Assembly (NCBI GenBank): GCA_047601445.1 | Contig: JASGJH010000001.1 | Coordinates: 6,528,001 to 6,592,000 of the forward strand | Source of the DNA: Myxococcales bacterium | GTDB taxonomy: Bacteria; Myxococcota_A; Polyangia; Polyangiales; DASUME01 | DNA: 64,000 nt | Direction: 5' to 3' | Part shown: piece by piece, positions 43,045 through 53,036 of the stretch | Layout: the number at the start of each line of letters is the position of its first letter | How positions within the stretch are numbered: the stretch's first letter is position 1 | Translations under genes and position numbers: made by a program | The notes under the pieces: generated by a model | Database searches by the model: none | What the model saw: only the letters and a program-made list of their open reading frames with translations | Told to the model about the DNA's origin: nothing

Positions 43045-44845
43045 TCAAGGCAGCCAGCGGAAGCCGAGGAACACCTGGTCGTAGCCGCTCAAGAGGCCGC
43101 CGATGTTCATGCTCTGCATGCCGTTGATGCCCGGGTTCGGGCCCTCGAAGATTCTGAGCGCCCGCGTCGAGGTAGAGGCCCTCCTTGGCCTTGACCTCGA
43201 TGTGAGGCACCAAGATCAGTGACGGGCCCACCATGGTCACCGTGGTGACGTCGAAGCGCACGGTGCCCTCGAGCACGGCGTAGCTGAGCGCCAGCATGCC
43301 GCCGGCGAAGGTGCCCGTGCCGGGGATGAAGCCCCACCAGTCGCGGCTCTTGTCGTATGGCAGCGCCAGCGCATTCATCCAGAACGCCTCGGCCACCGCG
43401 GCAAAGGTCTCGCCCTTGAGCCACTCCACGTGCAGGGCTCCCTGCACCATGGGCACGCCCTTGCGGATCTTGGTGTTGGTGACGTTGCCCTTCCAGTTGC
43501 CGTCGCCGTCCTCCACCGGATCGAGGATCTGTTGGGTCGTGTTGGGGATCGGCAGGTGTCGACCGTCGTTGGTGGCGGCGTACAGGTGGCGGGAGGGAGA
43601 GAAGGCGAACTCGAAGCCAATCGACACCGGCGAGATGTCGAAGCTGCCGTCGACGCCCAGCAGGTAATAGCGCTGGTACGCGATATCCACGAGCGGCGCA
43701 CCCGCGCTCAACGGTCCACCGACGCGCTGCAACAACGCGTCGTTGTTCGGATCGATGGCCAGGTCGTTGACCGTGGGCGTGTAGTAGATCTGGGGCAGCT
43801 TCTCGAGGGCCGTGCCCGCGCTCAGGCCGAACTCCATGGCGTCGCCGCGGAAGTTCGAGCGCAACTGGGCCTGAGGGGTCTTGAAGTCGGGAGCCGGGCC
43901 CACGAAGCGCAGGCCCGATTCGCTCATCTTGGTCTGCCAAGACGGGTCGACCAGGTTGCTCAGGCTACCCGGCAGTTGGCCGGTGCCTCCGCCGCCCACC
44001 ACTTGGGCCACGTACTGGTCGCGGTTGGGGCGCGACAGATGCGGCATGAACCACGGCAGGTACACGAACTGCAGGGTGGCCCAGGAGTTGAGGTCCCAGT
44101 CCACGCGCACGGCCGGTTGAGCCAGCTTGTTCGCGGCGAGATCCAGACGCGGCTGCGGGCGCAGGTCGTAGGCCGCCAGGATGTCGGTCGGCGAATACAT
44201 GTCCATGCGGCCGAGCGAGATGGCCTGCTGGCCGAGGCGAAGATGGAAGCCGTCGCCGAGCGTGGTGTCCACGTAGGCCGCCGTGGCGAACACGTCGACC
44301 TCGAAGCGGTCCTCGTCGAGAGCACGCTCTGGCGGATCGTGGTCCCTGAGCACGGGGTCGTTCTGGCCCGGGACTGCCCAGAAGAAGTCGAGCCGACTAC
44401 CCAGCATCAAACGCAGATTGCGGGAGCGCCTCAGTTCAACTTCTCCGCCGAAACGCAGCCGCGTTTCATACGCGTCTTCGAGGGAGCCCTCCTGGTGCAT
44501 GTCTGCCGCGACTTGTCCCAGGAGCTCGAGGCGAGCCAGGCCGGTGTTGGCCAGCGGATCGGGTTCGTCTTCGTAGGAGTGCGCAGCGGCTTCAGCGCTG
44601 GGCGGGGGCGGCGGAGGCTCGGCCCGTCCCTCTTCCTGCACGGGGCCCCAGCCAAAGTCCTCGGTGGGTTCGCTCGCAGGGGGCGGGGAGGCGGGGGACG
44701 GAGCGGGTGCGGAACCCGCCAATTCTGGGTCCAGAATGACTTCCTCGCCGTCTTGGGCTGCGGCTTCCTGCCGAACGAAGGCAAGGGCTGCTCCAAAGGC
44801 GAAGGCCGCGAGCGAGCGCGCGCGGCCAGTCCGGAAGTCGTTCAT
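43045..44845 (-). CDS. DUF1302-like outer-membrane protein (1-bp frameshift near 43152)
   Basis: Signal peptide, LRLGQQ.I..G..D..SPTD motif. Removing one base restores the C-terminus IFEG..YDQVFLGFRWLP-stop at 43045. Confidence 0.7.
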
Positions 44846-44967
44846 GCTCGGGCCTGCACGATCACGAGGGGGAGAACAGCAGGCCTTGGGCACGTGAAGT
44901 CAGCGATAAGCATTAAGCGTACGACCCAGTGAAAGCGCGCCACGATGCGCGCGTACGAAACGGCGCC

Positions 44968-45774
44968 TTACCCGTGCTCCAGGGCGGTGGGGGTAAAGGC
45001 CGTATCCGGAATGCTGTTGCGTGGGCGTAGATTGTCCACGACAAGCTCGGTTGTGTGACCTGTTTGTTTATTGACCATCTGGGCTTCCACGATGACCGGC
45101 CGGCCCTCCATGGTGCGGATGCGCTTCGTGTAATAGGTCTTCAGCAACTTCCCGCTCTTATCGTAAAACCGAATACGCAACGGAAGGAAGTTGTCCTGAC
45201 GCACCCAGGTCTCGATCTTGGAGTAGGCCGACGTGGCCTGGTCCTTGGGGGTGGACTCGATGACGTAGGTCTTTACCCCACCTAGGTCCTCGTCGGGCAA
45301 GCGCTTCTGGCTCGACCCGCGGGTGTCGCGGCGCTCGAAGTCCGCGTAGCTGAAGTCACTACCCATGAAGCTGCCCTCGCGCTCGCGGCCGACGATGCGG
45401 CGGGTGCGCTTGAGGCCGGGCAGGTAGATGTGCTGCTCGGACTCGCCCTTCTCGCGCTCCAGCATCAAAAAGGCCGTGCCCGCGACTTCCTGGGGAGCCC
45501 GGAAGCGGACCACGCTCTGGAGCTGCCCGTTCTTGCGACGGCGCAGGTTGTCCATGATGCGTTCCTTCTTGGCCCCGGTGCTGTCGATCAGCGTCATCCG
45601 GACGGTGGTCTCGGCTTCGTCCCAGCCGAACGGATCCTGGGCGAGCATGCGCTCCGAGATCTGGTCGGCGGTTTGGGGAGCCTGGGCGCGAGCGAGCGGG
45701 AAAGAGACGCTGGAACCGACAGTGGCTGTGCAGACGATTAAACTAAGCAGACTCAATAGAAACCGATACCGCAT
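44968..45774 (-). CDS. LolA-like outer-membrane lipoprotein-sorting protein
   Basis: RF.AP.EV.GT.FL, YLP.LKR.RRI, FMGSDFSY.D and FYDK.G.LLK motifs; GGAGG RBS. Confidence 0.88.
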   Translation of the reverse strand: MRYRFLLSLLSLIVCTATVGSSVSFPLARAQAPQTADQISERMLAQDPFGWDEAETTVRMTLIDSTGAKKERIMDNLRRRKNGQLQSVVRFRAPQEVAGTAFLMLEREKGESEQHIYLPGLKRTRRIVGREREGSFMGSDFSYADFERRDTRGSSQKRLPDEDLGGVKTYVIESTPKDQATSAYSKIETWVRQDNFLPLRIRFYDKSGKLLKTYYTKRIRTMEGRPVIVEAQMVNKQTGHTTELVVDNLRPRNSIPDTAFTPTALEHG

Positions 45775-46073
45775 GATGCCTCCGCGCAACCGCGACGCAT
45801 CTTGCACGTGTCACATTCAGGGGTCAACGGCCTGACCGCAGCTCTGCTCACGCGCGCTGCCTCACCGAGCTGGGGTCCGTCGCGGAGGTGCGCTCTTCGA
45901 ACGCGGCTTCGTCAGCGGCGCCGTGACCCTTCGAATGCGTTCGGAATCACAGCCCGGCGCAAGCTTTCCGTCGCGGTTGTCGGCTGCTCGACGGAGGCTG
46001 CCTACAGGTCGAGACGTTGGCTGTAAATCACACAATTCCGGCCAAATTTTCGTGGTATTGGCAGCAGGATCTC

Positions 46074-46103
46074 TTGACGAAAACCGCGCTGAGCGCCGAG
46101 GAT
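46074..46103 (+). promoter_or_regulatory. Putative sigma70-type promoter upstream of the GT2 leader
   Basis: TTGACG, 18-bp spacer, GAGGAT (weak -10). Confidence 0.3.
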
Positions 46104-46105
46104 GT

Positions 46106-46325
46106 AGGAGTCAGGCGTAGCGGTCACTGCGGTCATGGCGGGAACGCCTGCTTGGTCCGAGGGTTGAGGAGAAGCAGCTGGGGAAGCTTTCGGATCGCTG
46201 GGTCCACTTCGCCTCAAAAAACTGCGCGGGACGGGGCCACTAATAGGGCGTACGGCCGGGCGGCCCCGAGTGAGGTAGCCCACCGACGTTCGTGGCGGCT
46301 TACTCCTGGGCTGTTCGTTTTCTTT
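46106..46325 (+). ncRNA. Candidate structured leader RNA / sRNA (family not recognised)
   Basis: Nested helices AGGAGT/ACTCCT, CAGGCGT/ACGCCTG, TTGAGG.GAAG/CTTC.CCTCAA and CGGGGCC/GGCCCCG, followed by a U-rich tract. Confidence 0.3.
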
Positions 46326-46373
46326 GTGCTCGCGGGATACCCCGCCCACTTCGACGAGTCTTGAGAGGTCGTA

Positions 46374-47531
46374 ATGAGTCTCGAAAACTGGTTGCTCTTG
46401 CTTACGTCCCTCGCCGCAGTGATCTGGCCTGCGGTCGCCGTGGGGGCTTATGCGAGCTACCGCCGCTGCCGCTCCCTGGTACCCGAGCGGCATTTCGAGA
46501 CCGGCGCCAAGAACCTCACCAAGCTCAGCGTGGTGATCCCGGCGCGCAACGAAGAGGCCGACATCGAGAACACCATCCGCTGCGTGCTCGCGCAGCCTGG
46601 GGTCGAGGTCGAGGTCATCGTCATCAATGATCACTCCACCGACCGCACCGGCGAGATCATCAACCGCCTGGCGGCCGAGGACCCCCGCGTGCGCCCCCTG
46701 CACGATCCGCCCTTGAAGGACGGCTGGCTCGGCAAGGCCAACGCCATGCAGTACGGCTCGCAGTTTGCCACCGGCGAGTACATCATCTTTACGGACGCGG
46801 ACATCACGCACAACGCCGGTAGCTTCCTGGCCTCCCTGCACGAGATGCAGGACCACCGCCTCACGCTGCTCTCGCTGATGCCTCAGTTCGTCTGGAAGAG
46901 CATCTGGGAGAACGCGGCTGCCCCCGCCTTCCTGCTGGCCACCACCAACTTCCTCAGCGGCCCGATCCACGAGCCCGAGAGCGAGGACGCCCTCGCCATC
47001 GGCGCCTTCATCATGGTGGACGCCGAGGTGTACCGCTCGCTCGGCGGCCACGAGGGCGTCAAGGCGCAGATGCTCGACGACGTCATGTTGGCGCGTTGGT
47101 TCAAGTCCCACGGACAGCGCGTAGGTTTCCGCGTGGCCCCGCAGTGCCTCAGCGTGCGCATGTACTCGAGCGCCCGCGCGGTGTTTTACGGCAGCATCAA
47201 GAACTGCCTGGCCGTGTTCGGCGAGAACTTCTGGCTGGCCATCCCGCTGGCTTTCACCTTCGCCATCGGCGGTGTGTCCGTGCTCTCGGCGCCCTTCGTC
47301 GGCCTCTTTACCTGGAACATCACGCTCCTGGCGCTCGGCTTGTTCGTGTACTTCGAGGTCTGGTTGGCCGTCGTGTTCGCCAGCTCGTACATGAAGACCG
47401 ACCTGCTCAAGCTGGCGGCCTTCGTGGTCGGAGCTCCGCTGCTGCTCGCGGCGTCGTGCGTGGCCACCTACCAGGCGCTCTTCTACGGCTCGGTGCTCTG
47501 GCGCGGTCGCGCCATCCGCGTGACCGAATAG
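46374..47531 (+). CDS. Family 2 glycosyltransferase (HpnB/CrtQ-like)
   Basis: SVVIPARNEE, DHSTDRT, GWLGK.NA, FTDAD, GGH..VK...LDD, VRMY and WRGR motifs. Confidence 0.9.
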   Translation: MSLENWLLLLTSLAAVIWPAVAVGAYASYRRCRSLVPERHFETGAKNLTKLSVVIPARNEEADIENTIRCVLAQPGVEVEVIVINDHSTDRTGEIINRLAAEDPRVRPLHDPPLKDGWLGKANAMQYGSQFATGEYIIFTDADITHNAGSFLASLHEMQDHRLTLLSLMPQFVWKSIWENAAAPAFLLATTNFLSGPIHEPESEDALAIGAFIMVDAEVYRSLGGHEGVKAQMLDDVMLARWFKSHGQRVGFRVAPQCLSVRMYSSARAVFYGSIKNCLAVFGENFWLAIPLAFTFAIGGVSVLSAPFVGLFTWNITLLALGLFVYFEVWLAVVFASSYMKTDLLKLAAFVVGAPLLLAASCVATYQALFYGSVLWRGRAIRVTE

Positions 47532-47556
47532 CTTTCCGTTCCGAACGCCGCATGAG

Positions 47557-48318
47557 TTAGAGCGAGACCGGCAAAGTCCGCGCGATCTGGATGCCCTCGG
47601 GGCTCGAGTGCGCCTGAAGCGCATACACCTCGACCCCTCGTTCGGCGGCTTCGCGCAGGAGTCGCCCATACGCTGGATCGATCTGGTCGGCGGGCGCGAA
47701 TCGCGCGCAGTCGCTGCGCTGGACGCAGAACACCATGGCCGCCCGCTGGCCGAGCTGCACCACGTGCATCAGCTCTGCGAGGTGCTTTTGGCCGCGCTCC
47801 GTGACCGCGTCCGGGAACAGAGCCGTCCCCGCCTGCACCAGGGTGGTGTTCTTGACCTCGACATAGACGCGTTCGTCGCCACTCGGCAGCACACGGGCAC
47901 GGGAGGGGCTCCGCGTCGTCACCGGCGGCTCCGTGCCGCCACGCGAGAGCAGGATGTCGATGCGACTCCCGAGTTCCCGTCCGTAAGGAATCTCCCGGAA
48001 GCTCCGGGTGTAGCCCGCGAGCGCCGGCAAGTGCCCGGAGGTGATGGCCTCCTCCACCAACGGAACCGCCAGGCCTGTGTCCACCCCGACCCAGGTTTCC
48101 CCGATCCGGATCAGCTTCCAGCCGAAGGGCAGGCTGCGCTTGGGTCCCTTGGCGACCATCAATTGCACCGGGGCGCCCGGCTCCAGACAGCCCAACAAGG
48201 CGCCAGTGTTGGGACAATGGGCCACCACCTGCTCGCCGCTCTCGAGCTCCACGTCCACGAAAAACCGCTTGTATCGCCGGAGAAAACGACCCGAGACGAG
48301 GGGTGGGTCAAACTGCAT
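47557..48318 (-). CDS. sfsA: SfsA nuclease
   Basis: RYKRF, AHCPNTG, SRID, YVEVK and FPDAVT.RG.KHL.EL motifs. Confidence 0.95.
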   Translation of the reverse strand: MQFDPPLVSGRFLRRYKRFFVDVELESGEQVVAHCPNTGALLGCLEPGAPVQLMVAKGPKRSLPFGWKLIRIGETWVGVDTGLAVPLVEEAITSGHLPALAGYTRSFREIPYGRELGSRIDILLSRGGTEPPVTTRSPSRARVLPSGDERVYVEVKNTTLVQAGTALFPDAVTERGQKHLAELMHVVQLGQRAAMVFCVQRSDCARFAPADQIDPAYGRLLREAAERGVEVYALQAHSSPEGIQIARTLPVSL

Positions 48319-48389
48319 GGAGCGCGCGTTGTAGCAGGGGCACCGTTCGGTGGCTGCCGTCGGGGCTGTCTTGGAGGCATACTGAACCC

Positions 48390-49067
48390 ATGGGGGCTGT
48401 GAACCGGTGGGCGTGTTGCGGTTTTGGAGCGCTGGCGAGCGTCGTGGCGTGCGCGGGGAGCCAGAATGCGCTGCCGGTGCAAGGTGGAGACACCCAGGGG
48501 CCGCCCCGAGTCGAAGCGCTCCCCAGCCTGGATGTGGACGACACGGCTCTGAGCAAGGAGATGCGCATGGCGCGCATGCTGAGCGAGGAGAGCCTCAACC
48601 TGCCGGCGCCACCGCTGCCGAGCGGTCGCACTGCCCAGGACATCCAGCACTGGAGTGAGGAAACCCTGGCCCCTTGGCTTCAGAGCAAGCAAGCCCGCGC
48701 CGAGGCCGCCCGCGCCGAGCTCGACGTGGCTGCGCTCCAGAACCAGCGCCAGCGCATCGTGGCCGGAGCGCTGGTGGGCTTGGTGTACGAGGACGTGGCG
48801 CAGGGACTATTGCGGGTCCCAGCGCCCCGTGAGCTCGACAGCGAACCCGAGGTGCTCGCCATGTACCACGACCTGTTGCAGCAGCAGGCAGCGCCCTATT
48901 TGATGCACGCCAGGCTGGGGTACGACGCCTGCGCGGCCAACGCGCATGCCCTGCGCAGTCTCGAGCACTGGTCGGCCTTTTGCGGGGAACGCTCGAGTCA
49001 CTTGCCGTCGGGCGAGCGTCTCGCCCCCGGAGAGTCCGAGACGAGCGTCACGGTGACCAGGGATTAG
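48390..49067 (+). CDS. Hypothetical lipoprotein
   Basis: Lipobox VVAC; helical body ending in C...A.....W...C. Confidence 0.65.
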   Translation: MGAVNRWACCGFGALASVVACAGSQNALPVQGGDTQGPPRVEALPSLDVDDTALSKEMRMARMLSEESLNLPAPPLPSGRTAQDIQHWSEETLAPWLQSKQARAEAARAELDVAALQNQRQRIVAGALVGLVYEDVAQGLLRVPAPRELDSEPEVLAMYHDLLQQQAAPYLMHARLGYDACAANAHALRSLEHWSAFCGERSSHLPSGERLAPGESETSVTVTRD

Positions 49068-49076
49068 GCAGATTCC

Positions 49077-49091
49077 TTTACACATCTTTAC
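49077..49091. promoter_or_regulatory. CpxR-box-like direct repeat
   Basis: TTTAC-ACATC-TTTAC is the reverse complement of GTAAA-N5-GTAAA; it lies 88 bp upstream of the Spy/CpxP gene. Confidence 0.65.
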
Positions 49092-49178
49092 GCGCGCGCA
49101 GGAGACGCGACACAGCGTGGATCTAGCTTGGATTCGAGAGCGAGCTCATACAGGGCTCGCCTAGGAAGAGAGAGCTCC

Positions 49179-49637
49179 ATGGCAAACACGAACCTGAAGT
49201 GGATCCTCGGCGGCGCACTGGCGCTCGCGGCTGGCATCGGCGTGGTGTCTCGCGTTCAAGCGGGCCCCTGGCACGGACACCGCGCGCAGTCGGCGGCAGA
49301 GGTGCAGGTGTTCATGGAGCGTCGCGCCGAGCATTTGCTCGATGCGGTGGACGCCGACGACGCGCAGCGCGAGCAGGTGGAGGCCATCCTGGCCAAGAAC
49401 GCGCCGCAGATGTTCGCCTTGATGCAGGAGGGGAGGGCGCTGCGGCAGGAACTCAAGGCAGCCCTTCTGGCCGAGCGCGTCGATCGCACGCAGATCGCGC
49501 TGGGTAAGCAGAAGCTCGATGCGCTGGCCCAGCGCATGGCGAACCTGGGCGTCGACGGTCTGGCGAGCGTTGCCGAGGTGCTGACACCCGCGCAACGCAA
49601 GCAAATCGCCGACAAGCTCACGCACTTCCACGACTGA
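49179..49637 (+). CDS. Spy/CpxP family periplasmic protein
   Basis: Signal peptide, helical body, VLTPAQR (LTxxQ) motif. Confidence 0.85.
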   Translation: MANTNLKWILGGALALAAGIGVVSRVQAGPWHGHRAQSAAEVQVFMERRAEHLLDAVDADDAQREQVEAILAKNAPQMFALMQEGRALRQELKAALLAERVDRTQIALGKQKLDALAQRMANLGVDGLASVAEVLTPAQRKQIADKLTHFHD

Positions 49638-49652
49638 CCGCGAAAGTTCGAG

Positions 49653-50375
49653 ATGACCCGTGTTCTGATTGTCGACGACGACGAGCGCCTGGCCGAGATG
49701 TTGGCGAGTTACCTGCGTTCGCGGGGCTATGAGGTGGAGCATCGCGCCGACGGTAAGGCGGGTCTGCATGCCGTGCTGAATGCGCAGGTCGATGCCCTGG
49801 TGCTCGACATCATGCTGCCCGACCTGGACGGCCTCGAGGTGCTCAAGCGGCTGCGCGCGGCCGGATCGAACCTGCCGGTGCTGATGTTGACCGCACGGGG
49901 CGAGGACACCGATCGCATCGTCGGCCTCGAGCTGGGGGCCGACGACTATCTGCCCAAGCCGTTCAATCCACGCGAGTTGGTGGCACGCTTGTCGGCCATC
50001 CTGCGCCGCGGGCGGGTTACGACACCCAGTCCGATCAGCGCCGGAGCTGACGTGCTGCGCTTCGGCAACCTGGAGATCGATCGAGGAGCTCGCGAGGCGC
50101 GGCTCGACGGCAAGGTGTGCGCCATCACCTCCCATCAGTTCGCGCTCCTCAACGTGCTCGCCGAGCGCGCCGGGCGCGTGCAGTCCCGTGATCAGCTCAT
50201 GCAGGCGCTGCGCGGGGCAGACCTCGAGGAGTTCGATCGCTCCATCGACGTGCACATCTCGCGCATCCGTGCGGCCATCGAGGACGATCCGCGTCACCCA
50301 CGCCGCATCCGGACGGTGCGTTCGGTGGGCTACGTGTTCGTGACTTCGCTCGGCGTTGAAGGTGAGGCCTCGTGA
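49653..50375 (+). CDS. OmpR/CpxR family response regulator
   Basis: IVDDD, LDIMLP, LELGADDYLPKPF, DRSIDVHISRIR and IRTVR.VGY motifs. Confidence 0.96.
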   Translation: MTRVLIVDDDERLAEMLASYLRSRGYEVEHRADGKAGLHAVLNAQVDALVLDIMLPDLDGLEVLKRLRAAGSNLPVLMLTARGEDTDRIVGLELGADDYLPKPFNPRELVARLSAILRRGRVTTPSPISAGADVLRFGNLEIDRGAREARLDGKVCAITSHQFALLNVLAERAGRVQSRDQLMQALRGADLEEFDRSIDVHISRIRAAIEDDPRHPRRIRTVRSVGYVFVTSLGVEGEAS

Positions 50376-51640
50376 AATATCGGCTTCAATGGCAGATTTT
50401 CACGGCTCTCGCGCTCACGGGGGCGCTATGCGTGGGCCTGGCCGTGCTCATCGGCTCGCTGATCTGGGAAGACCGGGGCGCCGTCCCGCGCTTCGTCCAG
50501 GGGCTCGGGAGCATCATCGTGAGCGATCTCCCGAAGGATGATCGCATGCTCTACGAGCAGACCCTGAAGCAACGGGCCGAACAGCTCGATGCGTCGATCA
50601 GTGTGTGGGACGAGCGCGGCACGCCCATCGCGAGCAGCGGCCGCCAGCTCAAGCGACGGGATCTCAACGGCAAGCGCGGCGTCTACGACTACTCCCAGCA
50701 CACCCTGTGGATCACGCTGGATCAGGGCGGCACGTTGGCCCTGGCCATCAATCATCCGCCGGATCGGCCCGGCTTCTTTCGCATGGCTCTCAGCGTGCTG
50801 TTCGCAGCCATCCTGTTCGGCAGCTACATCGCGGCGCGCTGGATCACGCGTCGCCTCAAGGTGCTCGAAGAGGGCGTCACCAAGTTCGGCGAAGGGGATC
50901 TCGAGGCACGCGTGACCTTACCCGGCGGCGACGAGATCTCGCGGCTCGCGGACGCATTCAACAACAGCTCCACGCGCATCGCAGGGCTCGTTACGCAGCA
51001 GCGCAGACTCCTGCAGAGCGCCTCTCACGAACTGCGCTCCCCGCTCGCGCGGCTCGGGATGGCGCTGGAGCTACTCTCGGAGCCTGAGCAGGAGCCGGGA
51101 CAGCGCGAGCGACTGCGGGCCGACGCCGCGCGCGACATCGAGGAGCTCGATCAGCTGATCGGCGACCTCTTGCTCTCGGGCCGGCTCGCCGACTCGGGCC
51201 TGCCCAAGGACTTCGTGCCCGTGTCGATGGCGCCGCTCTTGCGCGAAGAGGCCGTGCGCGTGGGCGCGGCCCTGGAGCTCGATGACACCAGTGAGGTCTA
51301 CTCGGTGGCGGGCAATCCGCGCATGCTGCGGAGCCTGATTCGCAACCTGCTCGAGAACGCGCGCCGCCACGGTCAGACGCCCATTCGCACCGCCTTGCGG
51401 CGCGAGCGGCCCGGCGAACTCGTGCTGACGGTGGACGACAGCGGCGCTGGCGTCGCGGAGGCCGAGCGCGAGAAAATCTTCGAGCCCTTCTACCGGCCCA
51501 AGGGACACCGCGAAACCCAGGACGGCGGCGTGGGGCTCGGGCTCTTTCTGGTCAAGAGCCTGGTCGAGCACCACGGTGGCCAAGTGCGCTACGTGGCCCT
51601 CCCGCAAGGCAGTCGCTTCGAGGTGCGCCTGCCCGCCTGA
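50372..51640 (+). CDS. HAMP-domain sensor histidine kinase
   Basis: Two TMs, HAMP (DEISRLA..FN), SHELRSPLAR, NLLENA, D.G.G and G.GLGL motifs. Confidence 0.95.
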   Translation: MKYRLQWQIFTALALTGALCVGLAVLIGSLIWEDRGAVPRFVQGLGSIIVSDLPKDDRMLYEQTLKQRAEQLDASISVWDERGTPIASSGRQLKRRDLNGKRGVYDYSQHTLWITLDQGGTLALAINHPPDRPGFFRMALSVLFAAILFGSYIAARWITRRLKVLEEGVTKFGEGDLEARVTLPGGDEISRLADAFNNSSTRIAGLVTQQRRLLQSASHELRSPLARLGMALELLSEPEQEPGQRERLRADAARDIEELDQLIGDLLLSGRLADSGLPKDFVPVSMAPLLREEAVRVGAALELDDTSEVYSVAGNPRMLRSLIRNLLENARRHGQTPIRTALRRERPGELVLTVDDSGAGVAEAEREKIFEPFYRPKGHRETQDGGVGLGLFLVKSLVEHHGGQVRYVALPQGSRFEVRLPA

Positions 51641-51644
51641 GCGA

Positions 51645-53024
51645 CTACTTCGACAGCCACTCGGCCGGCAGCGGCATGATGTTCCAGGTCCAGGTTTCGC
51701 GGGGGTTGTCGCGCTTCAGGATCGTCTCGCGCACCGGCTTCCCGTCCTTCCACACGTAACGACGCAGCTCACCCTGATCGTCGGCTGCCACGTACAGCTC
51801 GTCCTTGCCGTCTTCGTCGAGATCGGTGAGCAAGGCCGCGTGCTCGAAGCCCGAGGAATCGGTTTCGATGTTCTCCACCGTCCACTCGTCCTTGGCGGTC
51901 TTGCCGGGGCGGAGCAGCCACACGCCGCTGCGGAACGCGGCCGCGACCATCTCCTTCTTGCCGTCGCCGTCCACGTCGCCCGCCGTGAGAAAGCGGCAGA
52001 AGCGATCCTGGATGCGGGCCACGACTTTGCCCTTGTCTGCGGGGGTGTTGGCGTCGAAGCGGCGGATCTCCACCGGTTCCACCACCTTGACGTTCTCCTT
52101 GGAGCCTTCCGTGAGCGCTTCCACGGCCACGTAGAGTTCGTCACGGCCGTCCCCGTCCACGTCCTTGACCAGGATCTCCTTGGCGTGACGCTTGCCGAGG
52201 TCCGCGACCACCTTGCGGCCTTCCTTGAGCTTCGGCACGTAGCGCACCACGCGTCCGCTCTGCGCACCTGCGTCGAGACGGTTGGGCTCGCTGGGCGTCG
52301 CGTAGATCTCGAGGGCCCCGTCGCCGTTGAGGTCACCGAGCTCGATCTCGTGGATGAACGTGTCGGGCTCGCGGTCCAGCTTCTCGACCTGCCACTTCCC
52401 GTCGGCCAACTGCTTGAGGTACGCCACCACGCCCTGGTCGTGGGTGGCCACCGCGATGTCGACCAAGCCGTCGCCGTCGACGTCGCCTACCTCGGCGTCG
52501 CGCATGCGATCGAACTTGCCGCCGAAGGCCTCGGTCCACCAGGTCTCGGACTGCATCGGGGCACGCTTCCAGCCCTTGACCGCGGCCTTCATGCCGCCGA
52601 GGGTCACCAGGGTTGCGGGCTTGCCCGGCAAGCTCAGGGCAAAGGCCTTGTGGAACACATTGCTGTCCGCATCGTCGAAGCTCTCGACCTTCCAAAGGCC
52701 GGCTTGCGGGGTCAAGAGGTCCGCCCGCGCGGGCTGCGGCGTGGTACCCGAGAACCGCGACAGGGCCAGCACCAGGCCCCGTTTGGCGGCGGGGGCTGAG
52801 GCGGAGGGTTGCGGCTGGGCTTGCTTGGTTTCGGCAGCGGGTGCGCTCGGCGTGGGCGCTTCGGGAGCTGGCGTTTCGGCTTTCTTTTCGCCGCCGCAGC
52901 CGAGGGCCATGCACAGGGCCACGCACGAGAGCGCCTGTCGAAGCGGGCGGCTCTGCGCGCGAGCAAGGCGACGAGCGCGGACAAGCCTGGAAAACCGAGC
53001 CTTGGAGGGACGCGAAAGCAGCAT
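51645..53024 (-). CDS. FG-GAP/VCBS-repeat lipoprotein
   Basis: Lipobox ALGC; five D(V/L)(D/N)xDG repeats. Confidence 0.85.
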   Translation of the reverse strand: MLLSRPSKARFSRLVRARRLARAQSRPLRQALSCVALCMALGCGGEKKAETPAPEAPTPSAPAAETKQAQPQPSASAPAAKRGLVLALSRFSGTTPQPARADLLTPQAGLWKVESFDDADSNVFHKAFALSLPGKPATLVTLGGMKAAVKGWKRAPMQSETWWTEAFGGKFDRMRDAEVGDVDGDGLVDIAVATHDQGVVAYLKQLADGKWQVEKLDREPDTFIHEIELGDLNGDGALEIYATPSEPNRLDAGAQSGRVVRYVPKLKEGRKVVADLGKRHAKEILVKDVDGDGRDELYVAVEALTEGSKENVKVVEPVEIRRFDANTPADKGKVVARIQDRFCRFLTAGDVDGDGKKEMVAAAFRSGVWLLRPGKTAKDEWTVENIETDSSGFEHAALLTDLDEDGKDELYVAADDQGELRRYVWKDGKPVRETILKRDNPRETWTWNIMPLPAEWLSK

Positions 53025-53036
53025 AGGTCAGAGCGC

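Noticed and set aside
46106..46307. 6S RNA or SRP RNA assignment for the structured leader
   Set aside because: Multi-branched rather than rod-like, lacks the complete SRP domain IV motif, and the gene context is not typical of ssrS.
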